Shown: positions 12,299 to 24,326 of the stretch, in pieces
How positions within the stretch are numbered: position 1 is the first letter of the stretch
How the letters are laid out: every line of letters starts with the position of its first letter
Assembly: GCF_006345805.1 (NCBI RefSeq)
Contig: NC_043009.1
Coordinates: 56,854,001 to 56,918,000, forward strand
Direction of reading: 5' to 3'
DNA from: Octopus sinensis
Taxonomy: Eukaryota
DNA length: 64,000 nucleotides
The notes under the pieces: generated by a model
The model's input: the letters and a program-made list of their open reading frames with translations, nothing else
Told to the model about the DNA's origin: nothing
The model's database searches: none
Made by a program: the position numbers and the translations under genes

Positions 12299-12373
12299 AG
12301 AAGCGGATGCCACATACGGACCTAGGTTTCAAGGTGTATTGCCTATTATCAACGTATGGTAGGCACCGCTTCT
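12299..12373 (-). ncRNA. Type I hammerhead motif with U3-A8 core, copy 1
   Basis: Minus strand: AGAAGCGGTGCCTAC-CATACG-TTGATAA-TAGGCAATACACCTT-GAAA-CCTAGG-TC|CGTATG-TGGCATCCGCTTCT; long stem I, palindromic stem III ACCTAGGT, GUC triplet. Confidence 0.65.
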
Positions 12374-12653
12374 CGACGAGCAACTCACCGTGCAAGATAT
12401 ATATAAAGATTTTCAAGTAAATACATTTACTGATTTCGAAAATCTGTTCGACAGCAATAATAATTCTCTAAATGAGATATAGACAGTGACTGCTCCATAA
12501 CATAAGGGACATTAGCCAACTGAATATGGCTAGGGACAGGGCAGGGTGGTGGGGGTGTCACTGTTGCATTTAGCCCCAGGCGAACATCAACGTCACCAGA
12601 TAGGCCGACGCCATCAAGGCGTCCTCTATCTTGCAAAGGGAGATCATTCCCCA

Positions 12654-12728
12654 AGAAGCGGATGCCACATACGGACCTAGGTTTCAAGGTGTATTGCCTA
12701 TTATCAACGTATGGTAGGCACCGCTTCT
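12654..12728 (-). ncRNA. Type I hammerhead motif with U3-A8 core, copy 2
   Basis: Same sequence as copy 1, offset 355 bp. Confidence 0.65.
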
Positions 12729-12953
12729 CGACGACGTTGATGTTCGCCTGGGGCTAAATACAACAGTGACACCCCCACCACCCTGCCCTGTCCCTAGCCA
12801 TATTCAGTTGGCTAATGTCCCTTATGTTATGGAGCAGTCACTGTCTATATCTCATTTAGAGAATTATTATTGCTGTCGAACAGATTTTCGAAATCAGTAA
12901 ATGTATTTACTTGAAAATCTTTATATATATCTTGCACGGTGAGTTGTACGTCG

Positions 12954-13028
12954 AGAAGCGGTGCCTACCATACGTTGATACTAGGCAATACACCTTGAAA
13001 CCTAGGTCCGTATGTGGCATCCGCTTCT
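12954..13028 (+). ncRNA. Type I hammerhead motif, copy 3 (A9C variant, probably inactive)
   Basis: CATACG-TTGATAC-TAGGCAATACACCTT-GAAA-CCTAGG-TC-CGTATG in the inverted arm. Confidence 0.55.
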
Positions 13029-13723
13029 TGGGGAATGACCTCCCTTTGCAAGATAGAGGACGTGGTGATGGCGTCGGCCTATCTGGTGACGTTGATGTTC
13101 GCCTGGGGCTAAATGCAACAGTGACACCCCCACCACCCTGCCCTGTCCCTAGCCATATTCAGTTGGCTAATGTCCCTTATGTTATATATATATATATATA
13201 TATACATATATAAATGAGATGGTAGGGTGTGTGTGTGTGTGTGCGCGCGCGTACGTAAGTGCGTGTGTGTGTTTGTCTAGTGGTGATTTCAGCAGTCACA
13301 TTAATACACCTGATGTCGTGATTCGCTAGAATATTGTCCACGTGATCAACAAAATCTGACCAATCACAACTTTATACGGAATAGCCTCCAGCGACGATTT
13401 CATCTTTCGGCACTCTTCTTTCTGAGCCAATTCGTCAGTATAAATTCGGCGCACCTCGACGTCTTCCCAGAAAGCTTTATGATGCTGTAGAGCATCTCTA
13501 TGGTGTCGACAGACACCGAAGGAGGTTGGCTAAAAGAAACGGTGGACAACAGCTGACGACACAAAAGTAATGAACAGTGAATTTCTTTATTAACCATGAG
13601 GTTGAGAAAAAGAGGGGACGATACGAGAACAGGGTGTCGAATGAGACGAAACGTATGAATAAACAAACAATTAAAATATATATAATTAAATGAGAATGAG
13701 TGATTTACAAAAAATGAAGCGGC

Positions 13724-14075
13724 CATGCTGGGGTACAGCCTTGAATTTTTAGTCGAATAAATCAACCCCAATACTTATTTTTTAAGCCTGGTAATTATTA
13801 TATCGGTCTCTTTTGCCGAATGGCTAATTTATGGGTACATAAATACACCAACACTGATTGCCAAGTGGTGACGTGGTGGGAGACAAACACTGACACATAC
13901 ATATAGACATATATACATGTATATACGTCAGACTTCTTTTAGTTTCCGTCAACTAAATCCACTCAGGATTTCGTCGGCTCGAGGCTGTAGGAGAAGACAC
14001 TTGCCCAAGGTGGCATGCAGTGGGACTGGACCCGGAACCATGCGGTTGGGAAGCAAGCTTCTTATCACACAGCCA
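13724..14075 (-). mobile_element. Older SINE family A copy
   Basis: GGCCATGCTGG...ATCGGTCTCTTTTGCCGAA...CACTTGCCCAAGGTG...GAACCATGCGGTTGG...CACAGCCAC. Confidence 0.75.
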
Positions 14076-14084
14076 CTCAACTTT

Positions 14085-14232
14085 GCCTTTCAGCCTTTCG
14101 GGGTCGGTAAATTAAGTACCAGTTGCGTACTGGGGTCGATGTAATCGGCTGGTCCCCTCACCCAAAATTTCGGGCCTTGTGCCTACAGCAGAAAAGAAAT
14201 ATATATATAAATACATATACATACATATATAG

Positions 14233-14269
<37 letters not shown>

Positions 14270-14978
14270 GTGTGTGTGTGTGGTGTGTGTGTGTGTGGCG
14301 GCACATGGCCTAGTGGTTAGAGCAGCGGACTCGCGGTCGAGGGAGCGCGGGTTCGAATCTCACACCGGGTGATGTGTGTGTTTATGAGCGAAACACCTAA
14401 GCTCCTCGCGGCTCCGGCAGAAGGTAATGGTGAGCTTCTGCTGACTCTTTCGCAACAACTTTCTCTAACTCTTTCCTCCTGCATCTTGCAGCTGACCTGC
14501 GACGAACCGGCGTCCCGCCCAAAGTGGGGAACCTATACGTCAAGGAAACCGGGAAACCGGCCCTTATGAGCCAGGGATGGCTCGAGAAAGAACAAACAAT
14601 ATATATATATATATGGCGTGCTATACGGGACAATGCTACTGACGTTTATAAACCCAGAAAGACATCTCCTCCAGCTGGCTAACGATCGTGAGGCTGTGAG
14701 TTCGATTCCCGGACCGGGCTGCGTGTTGTGTTCTTGAGCAAGACACTTTATTTCACGTTGGTTCCAATTAACTCAGCTTTAGAAATGAGTTGTGAAATCA
14801 CTGGTGGCAAGCTGTATCAGCCTTTGCCTTTCCCTTGGATAATATCAGTGGTGTAGAGGGGAGGCTGGTATGCATGGGTGATTGCTGGCTTTCCATAAAC
14901 AACCTTGCCCGAACTTGTACCTCGGAGGGTAATTTTCTAGGTGCAATCCCATGGTCATTCATGACCGAAGGGAGTCTC
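14085..14978 (+). mobile_element. SINE cluster: family B fragment (14085-14195), family C (14297-14599), family D (about 14680-14978)
   Basis: GCCTTTCAGCCTTTCGGGGTCGGTAAATTAAGTACC; GGCGGCACATGGCCTAGTGGTTAGAGC..GGGTTCGAATC; GAGTTCGATTCCCGG..CTTGAGCAAGACACTT. Confidence 0.8.
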
Positions 14979-15423
14979 CTCATATATATATATATATATA
15001 TATATAGTATATATATATATATATTCATAGATAAGAATCAGATATTCTCCGTATTCTCCGAATAAAATACACTTTGCAGTGCTCAAGAGATTTAAACTTG
15101 AGCAGGTACAGAAGCAAATGTATGGAAAGCAAGTTAGATCAATATATAAAGTATATTAAATATATGAAATACAAAGAATGTTTATATGTATACATATAAA
15201 AAGGTCCTACATACACTGAATGCAAAGGATATAGAGAATTAAAGGGAATGAGGAACAATATTACAAATCCAACAGTTGTTTCTGGGGGTTCGGTGGTCCA
15301 TTAATGTTTGTAGATTGATTCCATGGTAGGATGAGACGAGCCTCCTTCTTCAGGGAAGAGATCTTATATTTTTAGACATTAGAGAAAAGAATTTCAAAGA
15401 TGGAAATATATATACATACAAAT

Positions 15424-15816
<393 letters not shown>

Positions 15817-15995
15817 TATAAATATGTCTGTCTGTGTTGTTGTATCGTCTTCTAGTGTTATGCGTTCTTGTCACAGTTTGGTATTTTTTTACATATCATT
15901 ATATATATATATATATTATATATACAAATAATAAAATATAGTGGTTTATCTTAGGATATTAGAATGTGACTTATATATTTACAAAATGAGAATAT

Positions 15996-16043
<48 letters not shown>

Positions 16044-16046
<3 letters not shown>

Positions 16047-16355
16047 TTAATATAAAACTAAAGTTGTGTGGTATGTGTGTGTCTGTCTGTCTACTCCGAT
16101 TTATATTCCTAACTACTCCCACATTTTGCGGTGCAGTTTAACCAAAAGCGGGTATCTTATAGTCGTGATTCATATCGAGCCCTTCTGGGTATTAGCGCGC
16201 GTCTACGCTGAGTCTACGATTAAAAAAAACATTTACCATCATTTTTCCGCATTTTTAATGATTTTTTCTCGGGTTATATAAGGGAAGTAACTCTCTAAAA
16301 ATGCTTATATAGTTATTTCCCTACAAACCCGAGCAACGCCGGGCGATACTGCTAG
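16044..16355 (+). mobile_element. Non-autonomous Helitron
   Basis: 5' A|TC start, 3' hairpin CCCG-AGCAACGC-CGGG then CTAG|T, no TSD; second copy at 34603-34990. Confidence 0.8.
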
Positions 16356-16799
16356 TGTATATATATATATATATTATATATATATATACATGCATTCATA
16401 CACAAATATATATTCAGATACACACACTCTCAAACACACACACACACATATATGTATATATTTATATACATACATTCATTCATCATTCATTGATTCATTC
16501 ATTCATTCATTCATTGATACATACATACATACACACATTAATTAATACACAACACACACACATACACACACACACACACGAGCGCTCGAACAACCCCTCT
16601 GTGTAAAGATCTTCGCTAATCTAATCTATTAATAGTATGATACTTATACTAATTGTTATTGTTATCTTTTTTTAAAATCTCCTATAAAGAATTCTATGTT
16701 ATTTGTGGCTGGCTTCTCAGACTCCTCATTAACGGATATATTAAACTATTTCAAAAGACAAGGATAATTAATGAATTGACTGCTTGTTGTTATGATTAA

Positions 16800-16940
16800 T
16801 CTTATTGTTGTTGTTGTTGTTATTGATGATGATGATGATGAAGATGACGATAACGACAACGACTACTTTGACCATAACGATGACGACGACGACGACGATG
16901 CTGATGATGGTGGTGGTGGTGGTGGTGGTGGTGGTGATGG

Positions 16941-16981
<41 letters not shown>

Positions 16982-17073
16982 TGGTGGTGGTGGTGGTGGT
17001 GGTGGTGTGGTTGCATTGGTGGTGGTGGTTGCATTGGTGGTGGTGGTGGTGGTGGTGGTGGTGATGGTGATAA

Positions 17074-17107
<34 letters not shown>

Positions 17108-17170
17108 GGTGGTGGTGGTGATGGTGATGATGGTGGTGGTGATGATGGTGATGACGATGATGATGATACT
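16800..17170. repeat. Mosaic trinucleotide array (GTT/GAT/GAC/GGT)
   Basis: Direct inspection. Confidence 0.95.
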
Positions 17171-17442
17171 ATTGTCCTAAGTCAACAGATATATAGTCCA
17201 ATTGTGGTCAGAGAGTCTTTTTTGGTGGGGGGGTTGTGGTCCTGGGGGGGGGGGGGGTTGTAGTTACAAGGAATCAAGGATCATATTATTTAATCTCCTC
17301 TTTCCTAAAACTATAAAGTGTGGTTTAAGGGAAATTTGGCTGCTATTTATAGCAGGTCTAGCTGTTGGTTGCTCCTAATGCTTTTATAACAATATCTATA
17401 TTACCGACCGTCTAAGTTGATGGAACATTCTCCCAGACACCA

Positions 17443-17474
<32 letters not shown>

Positions 17475-17637
17475 GTCTCTCCCTCTGTCTCTATGTCTGT
17501 CTCATTTTCTCTCCCTTTCTCTTTCACTTTCTCTCTCTGTCTCTGTCTCTGTCTATCTGTCTCTCTCTCTCTCTCTCTCTCCTTCGATGTCTCTCTCTTT
17601 CTCTCTCTCTCTCTTTCTCTGTTTCTGTCTCTGTCTA

Positions 17638-17687
<50 letters not shown>

Positions 17688-17810
17688 CCTCCTTCCTTCG
17701 AGCTTTCACATCTTTCATGTGCCTGTTTTCCTCACATGATAATTCCGTCAGCTGATAGCTCTACTGAGTTAGCGAGTCTTAAGTGTTTTGAACTATATGA
17801 CACGCTCGCT

Positions 17811-17898
<88 letters not shown>

Positions 17899-17985
17899 AC
17901 ACAGAGAAAAGAGATTGTGAGAAGGGAAACGGGAGAGAGAGGGAGAAAGAGAGGGGGAATGTATGTATGTATGTATGTATGTATG

Positions 17986-19151
17986 TCATTCGGTTTATTT
18001 CAAGATTTCTTGCCAATAGAGAAAGAACCGGTTTCTAACCAAAAACCAAGGCTCCTTCATTGGAATTTTAACATCAACAACAGGATATTTTTGTTTGCAT
18101 GCATATATGCATGTATGTATGTATCTATGTATGTATATATGTATGTATGTATGTGCAGATTCGTATGTTTTATGTATGTGTATTCTCATGCATATAGTTG
18201 CATATCTAGACATGCTCATATAGGTTTAAATGATAAACTTCTGGAAAGTTTTACAGATTTTTACAGTTCCAGTGATGGATTGAATCTGTAGTCTTCGAAT
18301 TAGCTTTCTCCTTTTGAGATGCCTAATTTCTCAAGATTTGTATTTAGGCAGTGTCTTACATTTCCCATGGCCCCAATAATTACAGGTATAAACCTGAACT
18401 TGTAATCTGGAAAGAGTAACTGCAGATTTCTCAATAGTTCAGCACAGGTGTTCTCTTTTTCTTATGTTAACCTCCGCTGGGCAGCTATTTTCCACAACTG
18501 TGCACAGTTTCTCTTATCTTTTCCAAATAATGATATCAGGTGTTTTGAGCTTACATTTTATCGAGGTCTTCACTGGAACATTCCTTTTTATTATGAGTGG
18601 CTATGGCTTCAACCATATTGTGGATTCTTATTTCTTTGTCCTCGGGATTATCCTACCGACGGATTTCATTATAGAGTGTCCTAGCTACAATATCATATCT
18701 CATCGGTAGATAATACCGTGATAACATTTTCGGACTGCTTATGATGCTTACGATGTGCATATCTTCAGTGTGAACTCCACAAAGTCTGCATCGGTTGTCA
18801 TATTTTACGGCTTTTCCTGCATCTCTATCTCTTTTGTGCATCAAGTATTTGGTTGATATTTCCTGTTCCTGGATTGCAAACGCATACCCTTCATAGTGGG
18901 AGATAGAAATCCGGCTATTGGTCCATGATAAACTGCTTTGATGGTCGATGTTACTATCATCACGGAGCTTTCTACTGACATGTCCATGCATAGTCTTCTG
19001 CTCATATAGGCTCATCCTTTCATCTGATAATACATTCCGGTAGAGTCGTGCGCGTTCCTTGGGCATATATTCTAGGTTATCAGACAAAGAGTGTTGCTCA
19101 AGGAGCTGCCTTCCAAGTCTTGTGATGTTATCAGGCTCATGTAAGCAAGCT
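17986..19151 (-). mobile_element. Second R4/Dong-like non-LTR family, 5'-truncated, (CATA)n tail
   Basis: KTMHGHV..HYEGYAFAIQEQEISTKY..CRLC (zinc knuckle), RYDIVARTL, WNVPVKTSIKCKLKTPDIIIW..VVENSCPAEVNI; 3' end GGCAAGAAATCTTGAAATAAACCGAATGA(CATA)n. Confidence 0.8.
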
Positions 19152-19271
19152 TGTATGTATGTATGTATAATTCTTCACTGCCTCACTCTACATACACACA
19201 TACAAATGCAGGCGTGATAAAGATGTATAAACCCACAGACACAGTCAGCAAGCTTACTAGCTTGCTGATAG

Positions 19272-19355
<84 letters not shown>

Positions 19356-19555
19356 CTATATCAATACACAATGTGTCTCTGTGTGTGTGAACATTCTTAA
19401 AAGAGGGCTTTTGCTTATATCCACAAACGCATACATTGTCTGACATAAAAAAAAGAGCCAGGCATGAACGTAAACAAATATATAAACGTAAACATATGTA
19501 ACATGCACATATGTGTCATTACGTACAAACATACACACACCATACATGCTTACAT

Positions 19556-19603
<48 letters not shown>

Positions 19604-19637
19604 TATATAATATTATATATATATGTATGGATGTATT

Positions 19638-19698
<61 letters not shown>

Positions 19699-20182
19699 TG
19701 CATATATATAGTTACATGCAAATGTGGTGTGTATACATGTATATATATATGTATAGTTAAATGAATATATTTATCTTATATATATGTGGTGTGTGTGTGT
19801 GTGGTGTGTGGGTGTGTGTGTGGGTATATATATATAATATATATTATTATATTATATATATTATAATATATATATTATATATGCATATGTGCATGTATAC
19901 ATATGTATGTAAATATGTGTATATATATATATGTATATGTGTGTGCGTGAGAGAGAGAGAGAGAGAGAGAATTTTAGGAAGGAGAAGTGTTGAGTAGAGA
20001 GCTAACCAGAAGGAGTAAGAGGACTTGATTGACAGTGAGAGAGAGCAGAAGAGTGAGTAGTTGATAGAGCAAGAAAGACGGGGTGGAAAGAGAACGAAAG
20101 GGGTAAACCCCACCCGAACCTTGCTCTGCATTTCCAAAACAATCACTTGTTTTTCTACAAGTAACAGAAACGAAAAGCTTAC

Positions 20183-20295
20183 ATAATGAGCTCCATACAC
20201 TCAACAGGATGCACCTTTCACCGATGTGGTATTTCTTCCTGGGTGTCACCCATATATGTTAGCATCCCAGATGTATTTAGTTATGCAACTGGTAA
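20183..20295 (-). other. Exon-like segment, 113 nt, no open frame
   Basis: Acceptor TTTTCCTACCCACTCAG and donor GTAAGC on the minus strand; stops in all three frames. Confidence 0.25.
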
Positions 20296-20475
20296 CTGAG
20301 TGGGTAGGAAAATTTCTGTTGATAGTCTGCAGACATCTATAGGTGTCCTTCATACGCGTTGGCACCCGTAGCTATATTTGTTATACATGTGTTAGTTGAG
20401 GTGATTCTGATATTGACTTTCAAATCTACGTGTGTACTTCAAATATTTTAGTAACTCAAGGATATGTGTGTGTGT

Positions 20476-20506
<31 letters not shown>

Positions 20507-20533
20507 CGTGCGTGTGTATATATATATATATAT

Positions 20534-20564
<31 letters not shown>

Positions 20565-20654
20565 ATACGTGTGATTATATATATATATATATATATTATA
20601 TTATATATATTATAATATATTATATCTATATAATATATATATTATATATATTAT

Positions 20655-20685
<31 letters not shown>

Positions 20686-20688
20686 TAG

Positions 20689-20724
<36 letters not shown>

Positions 20725-20754
20725 ATATATATATAACATACACAATATATATCA

Positions 20755-20897
20755 ACCTGTTTCGCTGCTGGCCTATTAATTTACAGGTGTCATTAATTTA
20801 TTTTGCTACCCCAGGAACAGTGGTCTAAGGTGAGGTTGTTCAGCTATTAACCTACTAAACTACGATGCCACCCAGGTAGTTTGCTATCATCTCCCTA

Positions 20898-20950
<53 letters not shown>

Positions 20951-21460
20951 ATGTACAACGCTCTTAAGCTGAGGGTTTTCGTCTGTTAGCCTACTAATCT
21001 ACAGATGTCGCTCATACGTTTTGCTGCTCTTAGATAAATTGTTATATACGCAAGACTGTTCAGCTTTTAGCCTTCTAATCTACGATGCCACCCATATCTT
21101 TTGCTACCTTTCAGGTACATTGCTCTTTATCTGAGTTTTTTCAGCTGTGATCCTATTAACCTATACGTATCACTCGTATATCTTGCTGCTCTTAGATATA
21201 TTGTTATGTAGCTGAGGTAATAGCTGAAGCCCACTAATCTACATAAGTCACTCACATTTTGCTCCTTTCTAAGTATATTATTATATGATATAACAGCTAC
21301 CTAAAAGCATTCAGCTGCTGGCCTACAAATCTACAAATGCCATTTATATATGCTATTACCCTTAGTTATGTGGTTGTAGTTGTTCACCTGTTGACTTGCA
21401 TATCAACAGGTATCATTCATACATTTTGAGTTCCCAAGCCACAGTTTTAGCTTAGGTGGT
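20755..21460. repeat. Diverged ~75-bp tandem repeat (about 8-9 units, interrupted by (CA)n)
   Basis: Recurring TTCAGCTG.T.GCCTA.TAATCTAC..ATG.CAC.CAT...TTTTGCT.C.CTTAG. Confidence 0.7.
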
Positions 21461-21471
21461 CCAGCTTTGTA

Positions 21472-21541
21472 TCACGTTATTGGTGACACATGGAGGTACT
21501 TAATCAAAATATCATCTGGGATAATAAAGTTTGTCATCGAC
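21472..21541 (-). CDS. Hypothetical terminal exon (SMTNFIIPDDILIKYLHVSPIT*)
   Basis: Acceptor TTCTAAATTTCTAG; phase 2, compatible with the upstream exon-like segment 21786-21870. Confidence 0.2.
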
Positions 21542-21785
21542 CTAGAAATTTAGAAGTGTCCAGTCTTATTCTTATTCTCAGACTACATGATAACTGGGAT
21601 GTAGTTAAAAGATTCCGTGTCATGAAGATATCTTAGTACATCAAATATATTTACTAATCAAATGTATTTAGTTATACTATAATATTAGACATTTTGCGAA
21701 CCTTTTATTGAATTTAACAACCACTCATGCTCATTCTCTGGATACCGCTCAGAGAAATGTAGAAGTTTACTAGCGATTGTCTCAC

Positions 21786-21870
21786 CTTCTCATTGTTCTG
21801 TCTGAAGCTGGAGATGAGAGTTCATCTCCATCACCAATGACCACACTGTTGTCTTCATATAAGAATCAGC
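21786..21870 (-). pseudogene. Exon-like segment, 85 nt; open only after a 1-nt correction (LILYEDNSVVIGDGDELSSPASDRTMR)
   Basis: Acceptor TTAAATTATAG, donor AG|GTGAGA; removing one base near the 5' end gives an 84-nt phase 2-2 exon. Confidence 0.3.
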
Positions 21871-22381
21871 CTATAATTTAAAGTACTCCCCTACAAGTTA
21901 ACCTATCTCGCCCACATATTTCAAAGGACGCCAGCAAAGAAGCTACTTCCAAATCAAACTCTACCATATTCAAAAAAGTACAAAACATATTGGATAATGT
22001 GATCCTAGATATACAGTGTCTAAAAATTAACGGGATAAAGTCCGCTGAAACCCTTTTTTTTAATTGCTTACTCAGATGAAGAAGGGCGGCGCTCGGATGT
22101 TTTCAAGGCATCCAATAAAGTGTTCGTATGCATATATTCTTTCATAAGGTTGTGCAATTTCCTGTTGGTGCTCCGTATGTGGAGATCCTTCCCGGGTCAC
22201 ATAGATTAATAGTTTCGCGTTTTTCCTTCGTCGAACATCACATCTATCCAACGAACGGGAATGTGAAACTCTGAGTAACAGTTTTGTGAAAATTTTGCAG
22301 CTTTATTAAAAGCATATTACTCTACCTTAGGTATTCGAGTACTATTTTTTTTACTTTGTTTTGCATTTATGTACTTACTCG

Positions 22382-22454
<73 letters not shown>

Positions 22455-22455
22455 T

Positions 22456-22489
<34 letters not shown>

Positions 22490-22794
22490 CAGTGACAGAG
22501 AGGGTGGGCTTGGTCTAACTTTGCACAGTTATGGAAATGCTGTCAGATCTGTTCTGGAGTTTACCTTCTTAATATGTAATATCACTAAATTCTCTTGACA
22601 GCTTATCAATTCGATCTTATATCTCGGTTACTGGGAGCCCTGTGCTTTGAGCGCGTTGTCTATATTCAGGGAGATGCTAAAGACGTTCATTTTAAAGACG
22701 TAGAATAGGAAATCTGTTTATAAATTAAATTCCAAATACATTGTGTCAGGGTTCCAGCTAATTTGTATATATATGTGAGTGCGTATACACATGG

Positions 22795-22844
<50 letters not shown>

Positions 22845-22853
22845 TTATTCCCT

Positions 22854-22905
22854 TTTATTTCAAGATTTCTTGCCAATAGAGAAAGAAGTTTCTAAACTAG
22901 ATCCA
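22854..22905 (-). mobile_element. Short 3'-terminal fragment of the second R4/Dong-like family
   Basis: TTTATTTCAAGATTTCTTGCCAATAGAGAAAGAA matches 17995-18028; adjacent to (TGTA)n from 22906. Confidence 0.6.
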
Positions 22906-22917
22906 ATGTATGTATGC

Positions 22918-22948
<31 letters not shown>

Positions 22949-22991
22949 CATGTATGTATGTATGTAATGTATATGTGTGTGTATGTGTGTG

Positions 22992-23080
<89 letters not shown>

Positions 23081-23943
23081 TGCGATGCACCTGTACTAAA
23101 TATCTTAACACTAGATTATTCAAAAGCCACCAGCGTAAACCATATGTTTCGTTATGGTCGATGGAAAGATCTATACTTGAAAGATTTCAATACTGAACAA
23201 CAGCTGAATTAAAAGAACAACATCTTCAGCTGATGCAGGGATGGAATTTGGCCAAAAAAACATGTTCTTATTTGATAGCTGAACACAGAAAAAATTCAAA
23301 ACCTTTACACTAATGGTTTCTTTATCTCTCCTATTCCGAAGCAGCACGATTTTGTTCCTAAAGAACGACATCCGTTGTAAATATTGCCCTGGAATGAAAG
23401 AAGAAAATATTTCTGCTATTGAATAGATACATATGTATGATCAGAAAGAATATTGGAGAACATTACCCCCAACGCTTCTGCCAAGTGTAAACATAAAAGG
23501 TTTGATGTAGCTGTTAGGAGAAAAAGAGGAAAATTACAAAAGATTTCAAGGTCAGCTGCCTTACTGACGTAAAAGCTTATTAGTAAGAAAAAGAGAATAT
23601 TTACAGATAGCTAGTTCGGATCCTGCAGTGTCTACATTCAGATTATCAATTCTCATTTATCCATATCTGATAGTCGCAGGCATAGCTGTGTGGTTGTCTG
23701 CACCTACAATGAGACATATGTAACAAGCAATCACACACACACACAGACACACACACATGCACACGCACGCACACTTAAGTTCTAAGATGACATGTTCACA
23801 GAGAACGTAAGTGCAAGTGCTTATGCCTACATATAATCACGAACTCCGCGAAATTTGAACTCAGAACCTAAGGACGGGATGAAATGCCGCTAAACATTTT
23901 TGCCCGACGTGCTAACGGTTTTACCAACTCGTCGCCTTTATAA

Positions 23944-24206
23944 CAGAGGTTCTCAACCATTTTTTTTTTACCTGTCGGCCCCTTTGATTCCTATTTTACT
24001 CAACTGGACCCCATAGCCACTTTAAATTTAAAAGGAAAAAAACACTATATTTTTATACTTGAATATTATATGGAATTGTATTTAAAAAATTGTTAAAATA
24101 TTTTGCGTATTGTGAAACTAGAATAAAATTTTTGCAGACAAATTTTAGCAAACAAAATTTTATATGGACGCCCAAGGGTCATGTGGACCCTAGTTGACAG
24201 CCACTG
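23944..24206. mobile_element. hAT (Charlie-type) MITE
   Basis: Ends CAGAGGTTCTCAACC and degenerate GTTGACAGCCACTG; right flank CTCTAGAT matches the Charlie-type target preference. Confidence 0.5.
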
Positions 24207-24326
24207 CTCTAGATATAATGACAGGTATCTGGGACAGAGAAAATAGAATCTGAGCAGCAATTGAAAACATTGATCCAGAAGATGCTATTATAATGTTGAA
24301 TCTTGGGAGAAAAGAAATGTCCATAC

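Larger units (their letters stand above)
12098..13185. mobile_element. 355-bp hammerhead-containing tandem unit in fold-back arrangement (candidate non-LTR retrozyme)
   Basis: About 1.8 units (12098-12734) then about 1.3 inverted units (12733-13185); period 355 bp (ACCTAGGT at 12320 and 12675); (TA)n on both flanks; a hammerhead fold at the same position in each unit. Confidence 0.75.

Noticed and set aside
12057-13213. Repeated ORFs (119, 86 and 100 aa) in the 355-bp unit
   Set aside because: The frame is broken once per unit (355 is not a multiple of 3), start codons are non-ATG or inconsistent, and there are no recognisable motifs; the RNA structure explains the unit better.
16792-17263. 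Poly-D/G/V/M ORFs resembling low-complexity proteins
   Set aside because: Trinucleotide microsatellite mosaic without splice or start context.
22070-22110. GATGAAGAAGGGCGGCGCTCGGATG as a hammerhead
   Set aside because: Lacks both the CUGA start and GAAA.
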